DNA of 41,541 nucleotides from Paraglomus brasilianum (Eukaryota): NCBI GenBank assembly GCA_910592345.1, contig CAJVPI010000220.1, positions 1 to 41,541 of the forward strand, read 5' to 3'. Shown piece by piece: positions 1 to 12,544 of this stretch (position 1 is its first letter; each line of letters starts with the position of its first letter). The notes under the pieces were generated by a model. It saw only the letters and a program-made list of their open reading frames with translations, ran no database searches and was not told where the DNA came from. The position numbers and the translations under genes were made by a program.

Positions 1-251
1 AAAGTTCTCTTATTAGTACGCGTTTTCTTTTTAAGACGTCGGCTGGCAGTTATTTCTCCACCATTCATTGCTTTCAGTTGGGCCATTAAGAATATATCTT
101 GTTCGGATCTAGAGAGTGCTTGAAACGCCTCACGTAATCCGGCAAACTCTTCTCTCGGAATCTTTTTTGAACAACCATAATTGCAGCCTATCTCTAGAAA
201 ACGGATTGCTTTTTCATATTCGTTTGAACCATTATAATTATAATTTTCCAT
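1..251 (-). mobile_element. 5' end of a putative DNA-transposon ORF (Sola-like transposase N-terminus), truncated by the window edge
   Basis: Open frame from ATG at 251 running off the window: MENYNYNGSNEYEKAIRFLEIGCNYGCSKKIPREEFAGLREAFQALSRSEQDIFLMAQLKAMNGGEITASRRLKKKTRTNKRT. The Cys-rich lead followed by F..L...EQD.FL recalls N-termini of Sola-type transposases. No catalytic domain is visible, so the family call is from memory. Confidence 0.5.
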
Positions 252-485
252 ATACGGGTAACCCTATATATATATAATTTTATGCTTCAGCAGTTTGTTT
301 TATTGATTTCTTCATTTGTCATTTTTATTATTAGTGACAAGGTCTTTTTACAAACTGAAAAGAAATTGGCAACTATTATATTTAAAAACTTGATCAAGCA
401 ATTAGCCTTCTCTTATTTAATAAGTTTCTCATTTATATAATGCAGTAAATGCAAGAACATTGTGGAATGCATCCATTATATTATT

Positions 486-2260
486 TCAGACTAAATGGTT
501 CATGTCATATCTGCAAATGCATTCCTTCAAGGCATCATACTCTAAATTTTCACAGAAAACTTGCATCTTCCCCCAATGCTTATCTGAAAACACATTCTCC
601 CAAAATTCAAGAACACTTGAGTGTTCACTGAGATCTTTCACACTTGCAAGCATTTCTTCCTTGTGCAAGTGAAGATAGAGTGATTGGGTGAGCATAAAGA
701 GATCATCTTGGGGTTGAATAAGTAGAGCCTTTGATTTCATTAATCGGAATGAGAGAAGGGGCAAATTTGGACCGCAGCCATTCCACAGCTGAATTTAAGA
801 ATTATGAGTTTATAAAATCATGTTGAATCATACTAATACTTTGTAAGCATTGATCAGACTCACCTCTCCTATGATTGAACCACACCCAAAGTCAACTAAC
901 ACAGCCTGGTTATCTTTATCAATGAGGATATTAGCTAGTCGTACATCTCCATGTACTACACCAATTCTGTGGCATAGATGAAGCTTATCCACAATTTCTG
1001 CAAGGTATAATACAGGATTTAGACTTTCTTGGAGTGATCTAACTGCCCATGGTCATAGCAACATTGCACTCTCAGATAAATTGACAAGTTTTATTACACC
1101 AGAAATGTCATGCAATTTTTCTAATATTCTTATCTCATTATGTAATATATCAGGCTGATTTACAAGTTTGACAACTGCATCATTGACAACACTAAATACA
1201 GTAGAGGTGGATGTACATGCAATCATGTCACCTAAATCAACTGTCAGACCTAAAAGCCACAAATTAAGAATATAGTATATATAGATTACAAAATAATGCA
1301 GATACAGGAGCTCAGGCTAAATTCTTGCATTTCTGGACTGTCAGCATGCAAAATACCTGTCATTGGGTGGAATTGAATTTCACTAAGAAGTGCTTGTAGA
1401 TAGCAAGTAGTATCATGGTTGTTCAAGTTCATTGGATCAGAATACCATACATTGTATGACAAGTCATCCACTTTCCTGGCAGCTCGAACAAACATTACAT
1501 GATGACAATCTGTCAAGAATCCTGTAACTTGTTCCCAGTTCTTCTGATGTTTCAACATAATTATAGTGTATCATAGGAGTTGCCCTTGATGTGCCCTTGT
1601 GAAACAATCTCCTTGACATTTTATCTCGCCTATAGCCTCGACTGCATGCGAAGTTAAAGCATAACGTTTAGTATGAGTGGCGATATCAGGAGCTTTTCCG
1701 TCGAGGAACATTAACCGATGGCTGTCCACTGCTTTAACAGATCCATCATCATCTAACTGTGTCAGTATTTTGTTTGTAAACCAATTTTGATAGTCTTTTT
1801 CGGTATTGCCTGTTGGTGGTTGGTCAAACGTGAGTGCTTCTCTTGCAGGCGCAAACCACAATGTTTCACGACGTTCTGGTTCCATTGCATTCCACATGCT
1901 AGGGAGGCCTCGGGTTGTTGCGTCGAAAATACTTTCAGCACGAAGCCTTTTGTTTTTTTCCTGTTCGTATAATAATTCAAATTCCCTTCCTCTACGCTTT
2001 TCTATTTCAAGTTCTAGCTGTAACGCTAAACGAAATAATAATCAATGTAAAAATAGTGAGGGCATCACGAAACATTAATCAGACAATATGACAGACATGA
2101 GTACAATTCAAATTGAAATGCTTCATAAACGAAGAAACATATTACTACGTTTACTCTACTCTATGTCCCCAACGCCCGAGTCACAAAGCCGTTACCTGGC
2201 TGAGTAGTTGTCGCTGCCGTGAGGGCTCGCTGCAGCTCCTCCACCTGCTTCAAACGGGAA
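486..2260 (-). pseudogene. Crinkler-like coiled-coil + PD-(D/E)XK REase + protein kinase, pseudogenised
   Basis: Joined exons give a coiled coil (LQLELEIEKRRGREFELLYEQEKNKRLRAE), an REase core (KAPDI...IGEIK...HQGQLL...VTGFLTD) and a kinase (VVKLV...HNEIRILEKL...VVHGDVRLANIL...LVDFG...QPQDDLFML). ORFs 1571-1897 and 1286-1558 share a frame and are separated by TGA at 1571-1573. A second in-frame TGA lies at 1053-1055. The start codon was not found. Confidence 0.75.
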
Positions 2261-2924
2261 TACTTCTAATGGTGCTATAATTCTTTGGATTTAATGTAAA
2301 TTAGTTTCATATTTATATTTTTATATAGGAATAGTCCTATATTAATCCTGTTATGGTTTATATTCCTCACATTCTGGTACAATAAAGTGAAAATTAAATT
2401 AAGTTATGAATGAGCACCATTATTATTTTTCAAAATGTCATCAGTCACACTGGTCAATTTTACAGCCACATCATAATCAGCCTCTCATTTATGTCACGTA
2501 ATAAAATGTTCACTTTGTCTGGTTTTGTTGCAGTCTGCCCCAAATAACTGTTTATGTTGAAGACAAATATTTAAAAATTTATCGTTATAATGTAACTCAA
2601 AGAAGTTAATTTTAACTATCTCTTGTACCCTTAAGTAAAAACATTTCCCACATTTCAAAATGTGTACATACTTTTTTCTGATTATTTGGTTCAGATTTCA
2701 TTGAATAATAACTCAAAATGTAAAGTTTTTTTTTTTTTTTAAATTTAAGTCTGTAATTAGATATTTACCAAAATTCCAAATATGTTTATAATTAGACGTG
2801 CCTTGTTATTGTCTACAACTTTGCTTAATAGGTGTTTGTTTACCAACAAGTTGAATAAAAAGTTTTTATATAAGCAACTGGATGACATGCATTATTTTAT
2901 TCAGGTGAAATTAAAACTCTCTGG

Positions 2925-3062
2925 ACTAAATTTATCATGACTCCCAAGATTATTGGTGCTTGGAGGATGAGTGCAAGTTCAACAGTTCAGAAAGTAATCA
3001 AGCTTATAATGATCATGGACATGCTAAACCTTCTCCTCGAAAAGGAAAACCAAAAAGATGCT
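2925..3062 (+). mobile_element. Tc1-like transposase N-terminal (HTH) remnant
   Basis: Frameshifted translation IIGAWRM...STVQKVIK / AYNDHGHAKPSPRKGKPK resembles the Tc1 STV..II..Y...G....PR.GRP motif. No clear TIR pair. Confidence 0.4.
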
Positions 3063-3545
3063 TTGGAAGCAGAGAGCAACATAGGTTTTAACAAATATCT
3101 GTGTTATTATTTATAAACACATAAAGCGCAAAACACACAACTTTATACACTTGAATTATATTCAACCTTTCTCCAACATAATAATAAGGATAAATTCGTA
3201 GAGAGGACTTCTAAGGTTGGACAATCAACGCCGTGAGGAATTTTCTCTGCCTAACATAAGGAGAATCAACCATATGCGTATTGGGAGTTCAAAGAATTAT
3301 ACATATACACACACACGCGGATGTATTGTTTATTATCACAACTGTCCGATACCCCCTTTTCTATGTAATAACAATTCTTATTGAATTAGCGACCATTCTC
3401 TTTCGCATTATTCAAATCTATTCAGTAAATTAATTAACCGAACAAATAGTAAAGAGAATAAATTATCTACTTTTAAATAAAAAGTTTTAAATATCGTTCC
3501 CAGCGATTCTGCCGTGCAAAATGCTAAATAAGTTTGTAATTTAAA

Positions 3546-5730
3546 TTAAATTGCAGGCTTGGACATTCTCCTCTGCACAGGCCTACTGTGTCTCTCACTC
3601 ACACTAGTCGCAACTGACTGTACCAACCCATCATCCTGATTATCTATTCTCTCAACAGCCTCATTAGAATCGTCACTATTTACACTTTCATCATCAACAG
3701 CCTCAATAGTATTAAAAACTGATCCACGTTCGCCGCTTGTAGTACTATTAACAAAACCAACCGTTCTTCTATGTTCATTTGTAGAACCTTTAGATTTACC
3801 CCCACCACTGCGATCGAACGGGTTGGAGAATATTGAATGCGAAGATTCATTGGTAGATGTTGGATTAATATCTTCTACCAAAAGTCCAGAATTCTCACAT
3901 TCGTGAAGCTCACTTTCACTATGTTGATTTCCCTTCTCAATCAGCGCATCCCGATCATTACAGTCACTTCGATCATCGACATTACAATCGCTCTTTTTCC
4001 CCTCCTCATCGTAACAATATTCATATTCAAAATCATATCTGTCCTCATCTCCCTCGACCTCCTTGACCATTCTTCTAGCAAGAAGCCAAATGTATACCAC
4101 CACTCCAATAGCAACGGCTATACCCGTAACTCCCATAGATATTTTTAATATATCGGCTGTAGACAACGGGGAAGCAGAAGTGTCACCTTCGCTCCCATCA
4201 CCTTCATGTACCTCGCTCGAGAAATGAGCCGAGAATGAAGATAATGTCGACCCAATGTATACGTGAATTAGAAGTTTGGAAAGAGAGAGTGCAGTGGCGC
4301 ATGCAAAAGTTTGGAGAGGAATATTGGTAGCAGAAAGAAGTGTGTTGAAAACGTTGTAAGGATAAGGCGCTAGACGTATTAGAAACAGGAGCTGTGTTTA
4401 TACGTAGATGTGTTTTGAAATAGATATGAATATCGGATGGAAAACGAATTAGTAGATATTCTTATCCATTGTGGTCCTGTATCTATTGCTAATATCACAG
4501 TCAAACAAAAAGAACAAACCACCCAGCAAGTAATTACCATACCGTCACATAAATACATCACCCAACCTCCTTTTCCCCCGCTTACCTTAAACCCTTTTTT
4601 CTCGATTGCTCTGACAATACTTCTCATGTGCTTGTTCTTTCTCAACAACCTTCTAACCGGCGCTTTACCCCATTTTCTCGAAATCACAAACACGGTGACA
4701 GCCCCTGATAATGCAGCGGAATAGGAAATTATAAATCCACGAACAATACCAAATGCAAAGCCGGAAAGAGTTATCAAGGTTGAATAGCCGATGACGAGTG
4801 GGAAAGTTGTAATATAGATTAGAGCGTAGAGAATTATGGCTCCACTGTGTAGATAGAAAAGAAGAAAGAATGAGTATGAATCTTGCAGCGATATACAGAT
4901 ATTATAATATTACTGTTAGTTGATTATACTCGACAGTATGTCCATGTTTTCCCAATTCCTCTGTTACTTCTGCCATTCGCTCTCTTCCCCTTACTCACCC
5001 AATACCCAATCCCTCGACATATTTCGCCAATCTTTCAAGTGCCGATATGACTTCCTTCCGATAAACGACAACAAAACATAATGTACACAACGATATGACT
5101 GCCCATGTAATTATCGGTGCCCATGGCTGGAGGATGGTTAAAAAAGAACTCGACTTTCGGTTTGGTTTTGGATCTGAATCAATATATATATTTTTTGATG
5201 TTGGTGAAAAAAAAATCAGCAAGATTTTCAAATCGTGCTCAAGGATATGGCAGAACAAGTTGGGTTGACTTACGGATTGATGCTTGGTTATGTACAGGCG
5301 AAGATAAGGATGATAGTACTGGTATCGGCAATGTGTTTGGGTTGTGTTTATACACTTGGTAGTCATCAGGAAAGGTTATTACAGATGCGGAAGAGGAGAG
5401 TGAGAATGCTTTACGATGTTTAATTTGTTTTATCGGGGCAGTAGATTCTTGTGATATGGGTGATGTCGGTGAGGATGAAGGTACAGGTACTGATACCACG
5501 GTTGATGATGATAGCTTCCCTAATGTAAATGTTGTTGCTGATTGACTCAAACTTCTCGAATGCGTCGAATTCGATTTATTTGACTGTTTATAAAGCGTCT
5601 GTACATGGTGAACTGGTAATGTAGGAGACTGCAGCCTATCAGGTAGGGACGACGATGCGCCCACTGTTTGTGAGTCGGTTTGTGTTGACATGGAGAGTGC
5701 GGTCGGGCGTGTTTTCAGTAGTTTAAACAT
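3546..5730 (-). CDS. TVP38: Tvp38/TMEM64-family (VTT / SNARE-associated Golgi) membrane protein, 4 exons
   Basis: GT-AG introns at about 5273-5174, 4997-4845 and 4585-4392 join a Ser-rich N-terminus to TM helices, ITTFPLVIGYSTLITLSGFAFG, AIEKKGFK|LLFLIRLAPYPYNVFNTLLSAT and KLLIHVYIGSTL, then an acidic tail. Start is ATG 5730 or possibly 5691. Confidence 0.88.
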
Positions 5731-6251
5731 GTCGATTGTCGGTTTCAAACGAGTTGGTAGTGAATAAAGGAAAGGAAAGTTGTATAGGGCAAATGTATGT
5801 AGGAGGGTGAGAAGGAGATGGCCGGGAGTTTGCTGTTTGTTTATAATTAATACATTAAGATATAATTAAGTATGTTACCCGAGGGAAAAATAAAACTCTA
5901 ATGACATATCTCGGTTAAAGACCGATCGATTTTACTCTTTGTATCCGCCTGCAGAAAATGAGTATCACAAAAGTATAGTTTGCCGTTTATGTTACTCTAC
6001 AGTACATTATCCAATCGTGAAAATTGTAATTACAAAAAAGGTTGCACATGTATTTGCAGAGCCGATGTATAACGCGACGGCTATATTTATATTGTGAATA
6101 ATAAATTCAGTATTTGTTTTATTTATTTACTTTGTCTTCGAACCGCAGCTCAAAAACCAGTCAAAAAGATTATTATAAATAAATAATTTATTATTTATTT
6201 ACGACTGTCGAGTCAACAATCGCGGGAGAATAATCGATCGTTAACCTTGAG

Positions 6252-6360
6252 ATTTAGCTATTTTCAAACGGAGCTGTGGCTTCTCCTATTTTTAGTTAAA
6301 TACAACGACAGTTAACTAGACTTTACTACTCCCTGACCTTGTGTTGATCGGTAGACGCTA
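6252..6360. repeat. Dispersed non-coding repeat, copy 1 (partner at 38290-38414)
   Basis: Shared blocks: ATTTAGCTATTT, AACGGAG, CTCCTA, TTTAGTTAAATA, CTAGrCTTT.CTACTC, GACCT, GTGTT, GTAGAC.CTA. Confidence 0.75.
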
Positions 6361-6702
6361 AGGTTATTCGCCCTAGAGCTAATTCCGATGTATTAATTCG
6401 GAAGATTATAAGTTGAGGTATATTTGTATCAAACGTACGTCTCATCTCAATTGTAATGCTACCAGAATATCCACGGGACAGGAGACGGATATTCCTAATC
6501 AATATAGGAATTAGTGGTTCATCAATATCGAACAATTTACAAGAGAACGAATCATTAATAATGTATTTTAACAAACTACTCGTTTATTAGATATTAGAAA
6601 GAACGCTCAATTGAACATGAACATGATCGAACATTTAAGGGACATTATGTAAACGTGATGCGAACATGATGAATTCTAACGGAAAGTCGCGCTTCTTATA
6701 TA

Positions 6703-7583
6703 CAGTGATGTGCAAAAAGATCGACAGGTGTTAGCTGATTAGATTTACAAATAAATATGCAAATGAAAGCCTGACAATCGCTTCATACTTTAACAAAAAA
6801 ATTTTTTATTGAATATCAAAATGACCTCATAAAAGCAAGAAACACAACGACAGGCCATATTACATTTCTGGAAGCAAGGAAGTACGAAATGCTATTGAAA
6901 TACAAAGTTTGACAAAGATTCCAATTGGTACTGTCTGCTGAAACCTTAAAAAAACTAAGATACTGGAGATGTAAAGCATAAAGGTGGTCCAATACCAAAG
7001 GACCGAGGTAAAATATTTGCCTGGGGTGGGTTTGTATAAAGGGTACTACCAGTCTTTTTTGTTTTCGGCGCATAATGGATGCAAAATTTTATACAGAAAT
7101 ATTGGAAACGCACCTCCCGGAAGTGCGCAATATGTTACGAGGTAATTGGCGGCTGCAACAAGATAATGACCCTAAGCATACTAGTCGTATTGCTAAGGAA
7201 TTCCTTGATAAGAATGTCCCAGAGGTTATGGATTGGCTTTCTAATAGTCCAGACCTAAATACCATTGAAAACCTTTGGGCAATTGTTAAAAGGAATGTGG
7301 AGTTGCGTAGGCCAAAAAATCTTAGCGAATTAGAGCGTTTTTTTTTTTTTGGGGGGGGGGGGAGTAAGGAAATATTCCAAATAGTCTTATAGTTAATTTT
7401 GTAAATTCAATGCCTCAGTGCTGTAGAGAGGTTATTGAGAAAAATGGTGAACGAATATCATATTAAAACTTTTGTAATAAATCTACTACTTATCGGCTTT
7501 AAAATTATGCACTTTAATCGATACAATACTTGTAAAACTAACATGATTTTAAGAAAGTTTTTTTTTTTTTTTGCACACCACTG
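6703..7583 (+). mobile_element. Internally deleted Tc1/mariner (DD34E) transposon
   Basis: TIRs CAGTGATGTGCAAAAA (6703) and TTTTTGCACACCACTG (7583) with TA on both sides. ORF 7075-7392 has QQDNDPKH...SPDLNTIENLW with 34 residues between D and E. The N-terminus and first catalytic D are missing, and a T/G homopolymer run at about 7338-7362 disrupts the C-terminus. Confidence 0.92.
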
Positions 7584-9183
7584 TATATAATCGAGATGGT
7601 TTATACAACTTGGTAGAGCCGTTTATTAGTGTGTCCGGTCAAATAATTAATATTTCGACGATGAAAGAAAAAAAGTAAAATTTCGATTTCAAGGGAACCC
7701 TTTATTTGATTATTAATGTTCTGTGGATTAGGCACTATTATTATAACAATAATATGAACAACATATACACCATTAAACAACATGATTTTTCGACGATGGA
7801 ATAAGATACCTTTAGCGACACGGAAACCCCTAAAAATATCTAAATAAGCGCAAACTCTATGATCATGGGGTTTTGCTTCACTGCGGAAGAAGATTTTACC
7901 ATGTGACTCACTTACTTGCCGTATAGATTTTCTTTCGACAAGGTTCCAAACAGAACTCTTGCAACAAGAAGCAATAAAGCATAAGGCGTAAAAAAAGGTA
8001 AAATTTTTATGCAAGAAAAGCATTGTATAACAAAAATATTAATTGACTAGCTCTAAATAGTTTTAACAAAAAAAGTTGCAAATAGGGTAGCATTTGTTAT
8101 TGTAAATAGTTTACTTAGTGATGGAAGATTAATTTTCTTAGATATTTGACATATGGCCTACAGTTTTTTGCCAAATTATACTTCATTTACTTAACAATTT
8201 TTAAAGTTTTGAAACATAATACTTTCAAAATAAATTTTTGCGACCGTTTGTATTTACTGGGAAAAATAATGCAATTTTGCTAACCGCCATTATTTCTTTC
8301 AGCTACACTGCCTGTCAAATATTCCAATCGTATAAACGTTTGGATGGTTATGGAAAAGTGGAACAAATGGTTGAAGTGGTTGGACAATAACGTATCTTAA
8401 AATCCTTTCTGCTAGATGATAATTGCCCTGCACACCAAAAATCCACACGCAAGAATATATACTCGTATTTCGCCAAATACCACTCAAATCTTGCGGCGAT
8501 AGTACTATACTACGTATAGTTAAGAAGGGCAGTTACTTCAATTCGTCGATTGAAAACGGTTTTGAATTTTCTCAGTACTCTTTGATCGTAGTCTTTTATT
8601 TAATATGAAAGTTTAATATTTAATATTTAATTATGGACTATTAACCGTTCTTTAAAATTGAACGCCGCCTCGACCTTTAAACGATGGGATTTGTACGCTT
8701 CTCATATTCTATTGATTTTAGCTAACATTCTGTCCGATTACAAACAATTCGGATGAGCATATTATTCATGCAAAAATTGATGCGTCTCCAATCCTAAACG
8801 TAACAACGACTGTAAAAAAGTTACTGTATATCATGATTTTCAGGTTATTATTATACTCAACCTTGAGCATAAAGGCACAAGCTATGATAGATTTATATTC
8901 CTGTTACAACAAAGCCTGTTACTATGTTATTATTATGTAAAATAGCTCTTCCACCCCAAATAATTTGCATTATTAAGTTGGCACACTTAAGAGGTTTAAG
9001 CATCTGATAACACATTTAGAAAGAAATTAATGGTGGATTTGGATTTGGATTTGGATTTTTTTTGTGTTGTTGCTCCAATATAACCTATTCTATTGAGGTT
9101 TAAACTTAAATATTAAAGAAATATTTGATCTAAAGTTGTTACCAAACTGTTGCATCCACATCTTCTATCTCATTATAATTTCA

Positions 9184-10310
9184 TTAAAAATTTAATAGTA
9201 AATTGATTACAGAGCCTTTGCCAAAGCTGTTGCTCCTGTATTTCCTATTCATTGTCCCAGATAAAAAGAATTTGATTCCAGAGCCCAGAGCCTTTGCCAA
9301 AGCTGCTATTCCTGTATCTCTTATTTTATTATGGTCTAGATTTAGAGATGTCAAACAAGAATTTGACTCTAAAGCCTTTGCCAAAGCTGCTGCTCCTGTA
9401 TTTTCTATTTTATTGTAATCTAGATTTAGAGATATCAAACAAGAATTTGATGCCAAAACTGTTGGTCCTGTATCTCCTAGTTTATTATCCTTTAGATTTA
9501 GGGATGCTACATATGAATTTGATTCTGTAAAGCTGTCATTGCTTTTGTACTGGTATGTACAATCTCTTTATAAACTAAGTTAAGAGGTGTTGAAGAGAAG
9601 TTTGCCTCTAAATCCTTTGCTAAAATTGTTACATCCGTGTTTCCAAGTTGGCAATAATTCAGATCTAATGTATAAACTAATGATTGAGTAATTAATGACT
9701 TTAGTTGTCTATTTACTTCTTCACATGATTGATGATGGACAGTTCTTAGAGTCTTCATATTTATCCCAATATTTTGAATATAGATTGATGTAGTATTTAG
9801 AGGTTCCAGGAAAGGCTGAATCATAGAAACCTTTTAATCTGAATAAAATAATTTTATAATTTCAGTAGCCCCTTTACATGGGAGTTTTCCACTTGAAATC
9901 TCCCAAAGTATTACTATTACTCCAAGGCTAAATATATCTGATTTTTTTCCATGCTAATAAGAATCATTAAAAGATAATGGATCAATATATGCTGAATTTC
10001 CTTCACCATTTAATGTAGACATAATTGGTTTGAGAGCCTTGGACAATCCAAGATCAGTTAGTTTTGCAACACCTCAACAAGGATATTTGTTGAAGACTAA
10101 TTATAATCTCAGAAATATAAAAGTCAATATTTAAAAGTTGATATATCAAATATATAATGGTTAGCTTATGAACAATGTCAATGCATTAACCTTTGGATGA
10201 CCATATATTATACATTGTAAGTTAATTTTAGTTCAACATAATGCAGTAATTAAACCGTATAAGAAACAGTTGAGAACCTCTTTGGTAAACTTTTTTTAGC
10301 TTCTCAAACG
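9184..10310 (-). pseudogene. Decayed paralog of the TKL kinase-LRR gene at 35004-37862
   Basis: The minus strand matches the intact gene, including intron 3 (TATTGACTTTTATATTTCTGA) and kinase exon text (AYIDPLSF, SDIFSLGV, LWEISSGKLPC). About 4-5 degenerate LRRs follow (LTSLNLDHNKIRDTGIAALAKAL). Multiple stops, frameshifts and deletions. The 3' flank near 9010-9100 also resembles 37900-37975. Confidence 0.9.
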
Positions 10311-12544
10311 CTTGCCTCCCACTTGTAAATGTTACTCTCCTATATCTTTCTTTACAACGAAAGCGTTATTTGACCTGATCGAAAAGTGGCATGACAGTGA
10401 TTGATTAGTTACTACTTGCAATAGATTGGACGAGCCTTATGTCAGATTAAAAGATTAGATCATAATTTATTTGTCATATCAGTCATCACGTAGCCGGATA
10501 GTTTAAATAATGGATTGTTCAGAGACGGCATTTACTCGCCGCGTGAATTACTAACATATGCGATGATATTATTAGTATACCCTTTCACAAACGCATTTGT
10601 GTCTGCGATTTCATTACACACTGTGTTAGGGTGCAATCGTAATTACCAATTCGAAAGCTGCGAACATTCTGTGAATAGAAGACATCAATTACAGCAAATA
10701 CAATGGCTGTTCATAATCCGACTCTCCGAATGCATAAATTATAATAATGCCACTATTCCCAGATACTGTATGACTATCTGTATTAATCTAACCTTAATAA
10801 CGGGTATGACGTCAACTCTTAAACATTTACTGTCTATGTAATAGTAATAGTGTTTTAGTTGATTAGAAAATGGCTACTGTTCAGCTATGATGAAACGACA
10901 GCTAGCAGACATGTCCATGATAGTCAGCGCGTCTTGCTAATACTGTAAATATCGATAATTACTGTCAACAATATCAAGCAGTACATTCATGCCAATGACG
11001 CCCTATATATGCAATTAAGTAAATCAATTAGCAGAAAATAATTATCGGGTTGTTCTACTGTTCGGTAACGAGTCGGCTAATATTACTATCAAAAGTTTTG
11101 CCATCTATAACCCTTCGAAAAAGAGATCCCTATACCGATATAACGTCGTTATGAAAAGCCTCTGATAACATCGATATTGATAGTTACCACACGTATCAGG
11201 ATAAACTGTATGTTGTTGATAATCATCGCCAGATCATTATATACATTTACAGTCAATTCTCCCCATGGCGAGTCCACTGAATCATAAGAAAGGCACCAGC
11301 GCAAATTATTTCAATAGTTTTTTGGCTTGTTCTTTAATCTTGGCAAGCTAGAAATCAAAGAAATTCAACTGGGCAAATGGTGTGTGACAGGACGAAATAA
11401 TATACAGCATGGTCCATTGGGAATCCATCAAATACTGTACATTCTAATTCCTGATAGCGTAAGCACCGATGATTCACGAGGTGTCGAGTATGTGCAATTC
11501 GAATCTTGAAAGATATAAAAATGATTATCTTTATTCACACGAATGCATCAGTCAGGAAAATGAAAGCGCAAACTGGCATAGTTTTTCGGCGCAAGAGAAT
11601 GAGCGCCCGAAAGGTATGGGGAAAAAAATTTTTTTCCAGTAAAAAATTTTCTTTTCAGCATCACGTGTATAATTGGTATTCATTAAGTAGTGCACAGTGG
11701 ATCAGAGTAAACAAACTGATGTACGAAATTGAGCGACGGATACACAGATCAAAACAAATCTACGTTTAAAAAATTGAGCAACGGGGATACAAATTAACTG
11801 TATAACAGGGATGCGCCACATTGTTGAGAATGAATCAACATGCTATCATACTAAATAGCGAATTCCTTAAAAGTCCGCTGAAATAAAAGTTCCTCGCGAT
11901 ACTTAAAAGTCCGCTGAATTCAATCGGCATTCTATTCGTGCGTCATAGCAAGTGATCTGTCGTCTTATGGAAGTTGAAATAACATCTAGCTATGAGACAA
12001 GTAGTCAGAAGAGCAAGACTAGCTCGATGTGTTGTATCTATAAACATACACAAATGCAAACTTATACCTCTTACACCTTTACAGCAACCAAAGAATCTGT
12101 GGCGCTTACCATTTTGCGTTGTGGCGTCATGTTAACTTAACATTCCAAAAGGAGTGACCTAAATAAAACTCCGCATGGAAATAATTTCCTTATTTTCAAT
12201 AGTACACAAGAGTACAAGATCCCTGACTCACGTGAAATGTGCATCAACTCTACGCGCGTTGCCCCAAATTTTGGATTTGTTCAACAATAACCATTAAAAA
12301 ATCAAATGTCAGTGCCAACGTGGATGGGAGAGATAAGCTTTATGATTATTGAACACCCGGATTATACATAAATGAGGCAACTGTGATCATGACAGCAAGC
12401 TACTTAATTATAGTTAGTAAATCACCCCCCACTAGCACCCACGACTATTTAAATTAATGTAATCTGGTTTTTTTATTGTTTAACTCGATAAGAATAAAAA
12501 AAACGGTTACGACTTTCCTTTGTCTTCTTTAATCGTTCAGAATC

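Noticed and set aside
1053..1573. Two in-frame TGA codons read as selenocysteine or recoding
   Set aside because: The positions are not Cys-type, no SECIS was recognised, and strong local CpG depletion explains them as CGA>TGA.
5241..5248. ATATCCTT on the minus strand in TVP38, resembling a U12 (AT-AC) 5' splice site
   Set aside because: It lies inside a canonical GTAAGT...CAG intron (about 5273-5174) that already restores the frame. The nearest U12-style acceptors are out of phase.
7601..8023. 140-aa minus-strand ORF next to the Tc1 element
   Set aside because: No recognisable motif and atypical composition. It may be decayed repeat DNA, but I cannot support a call.
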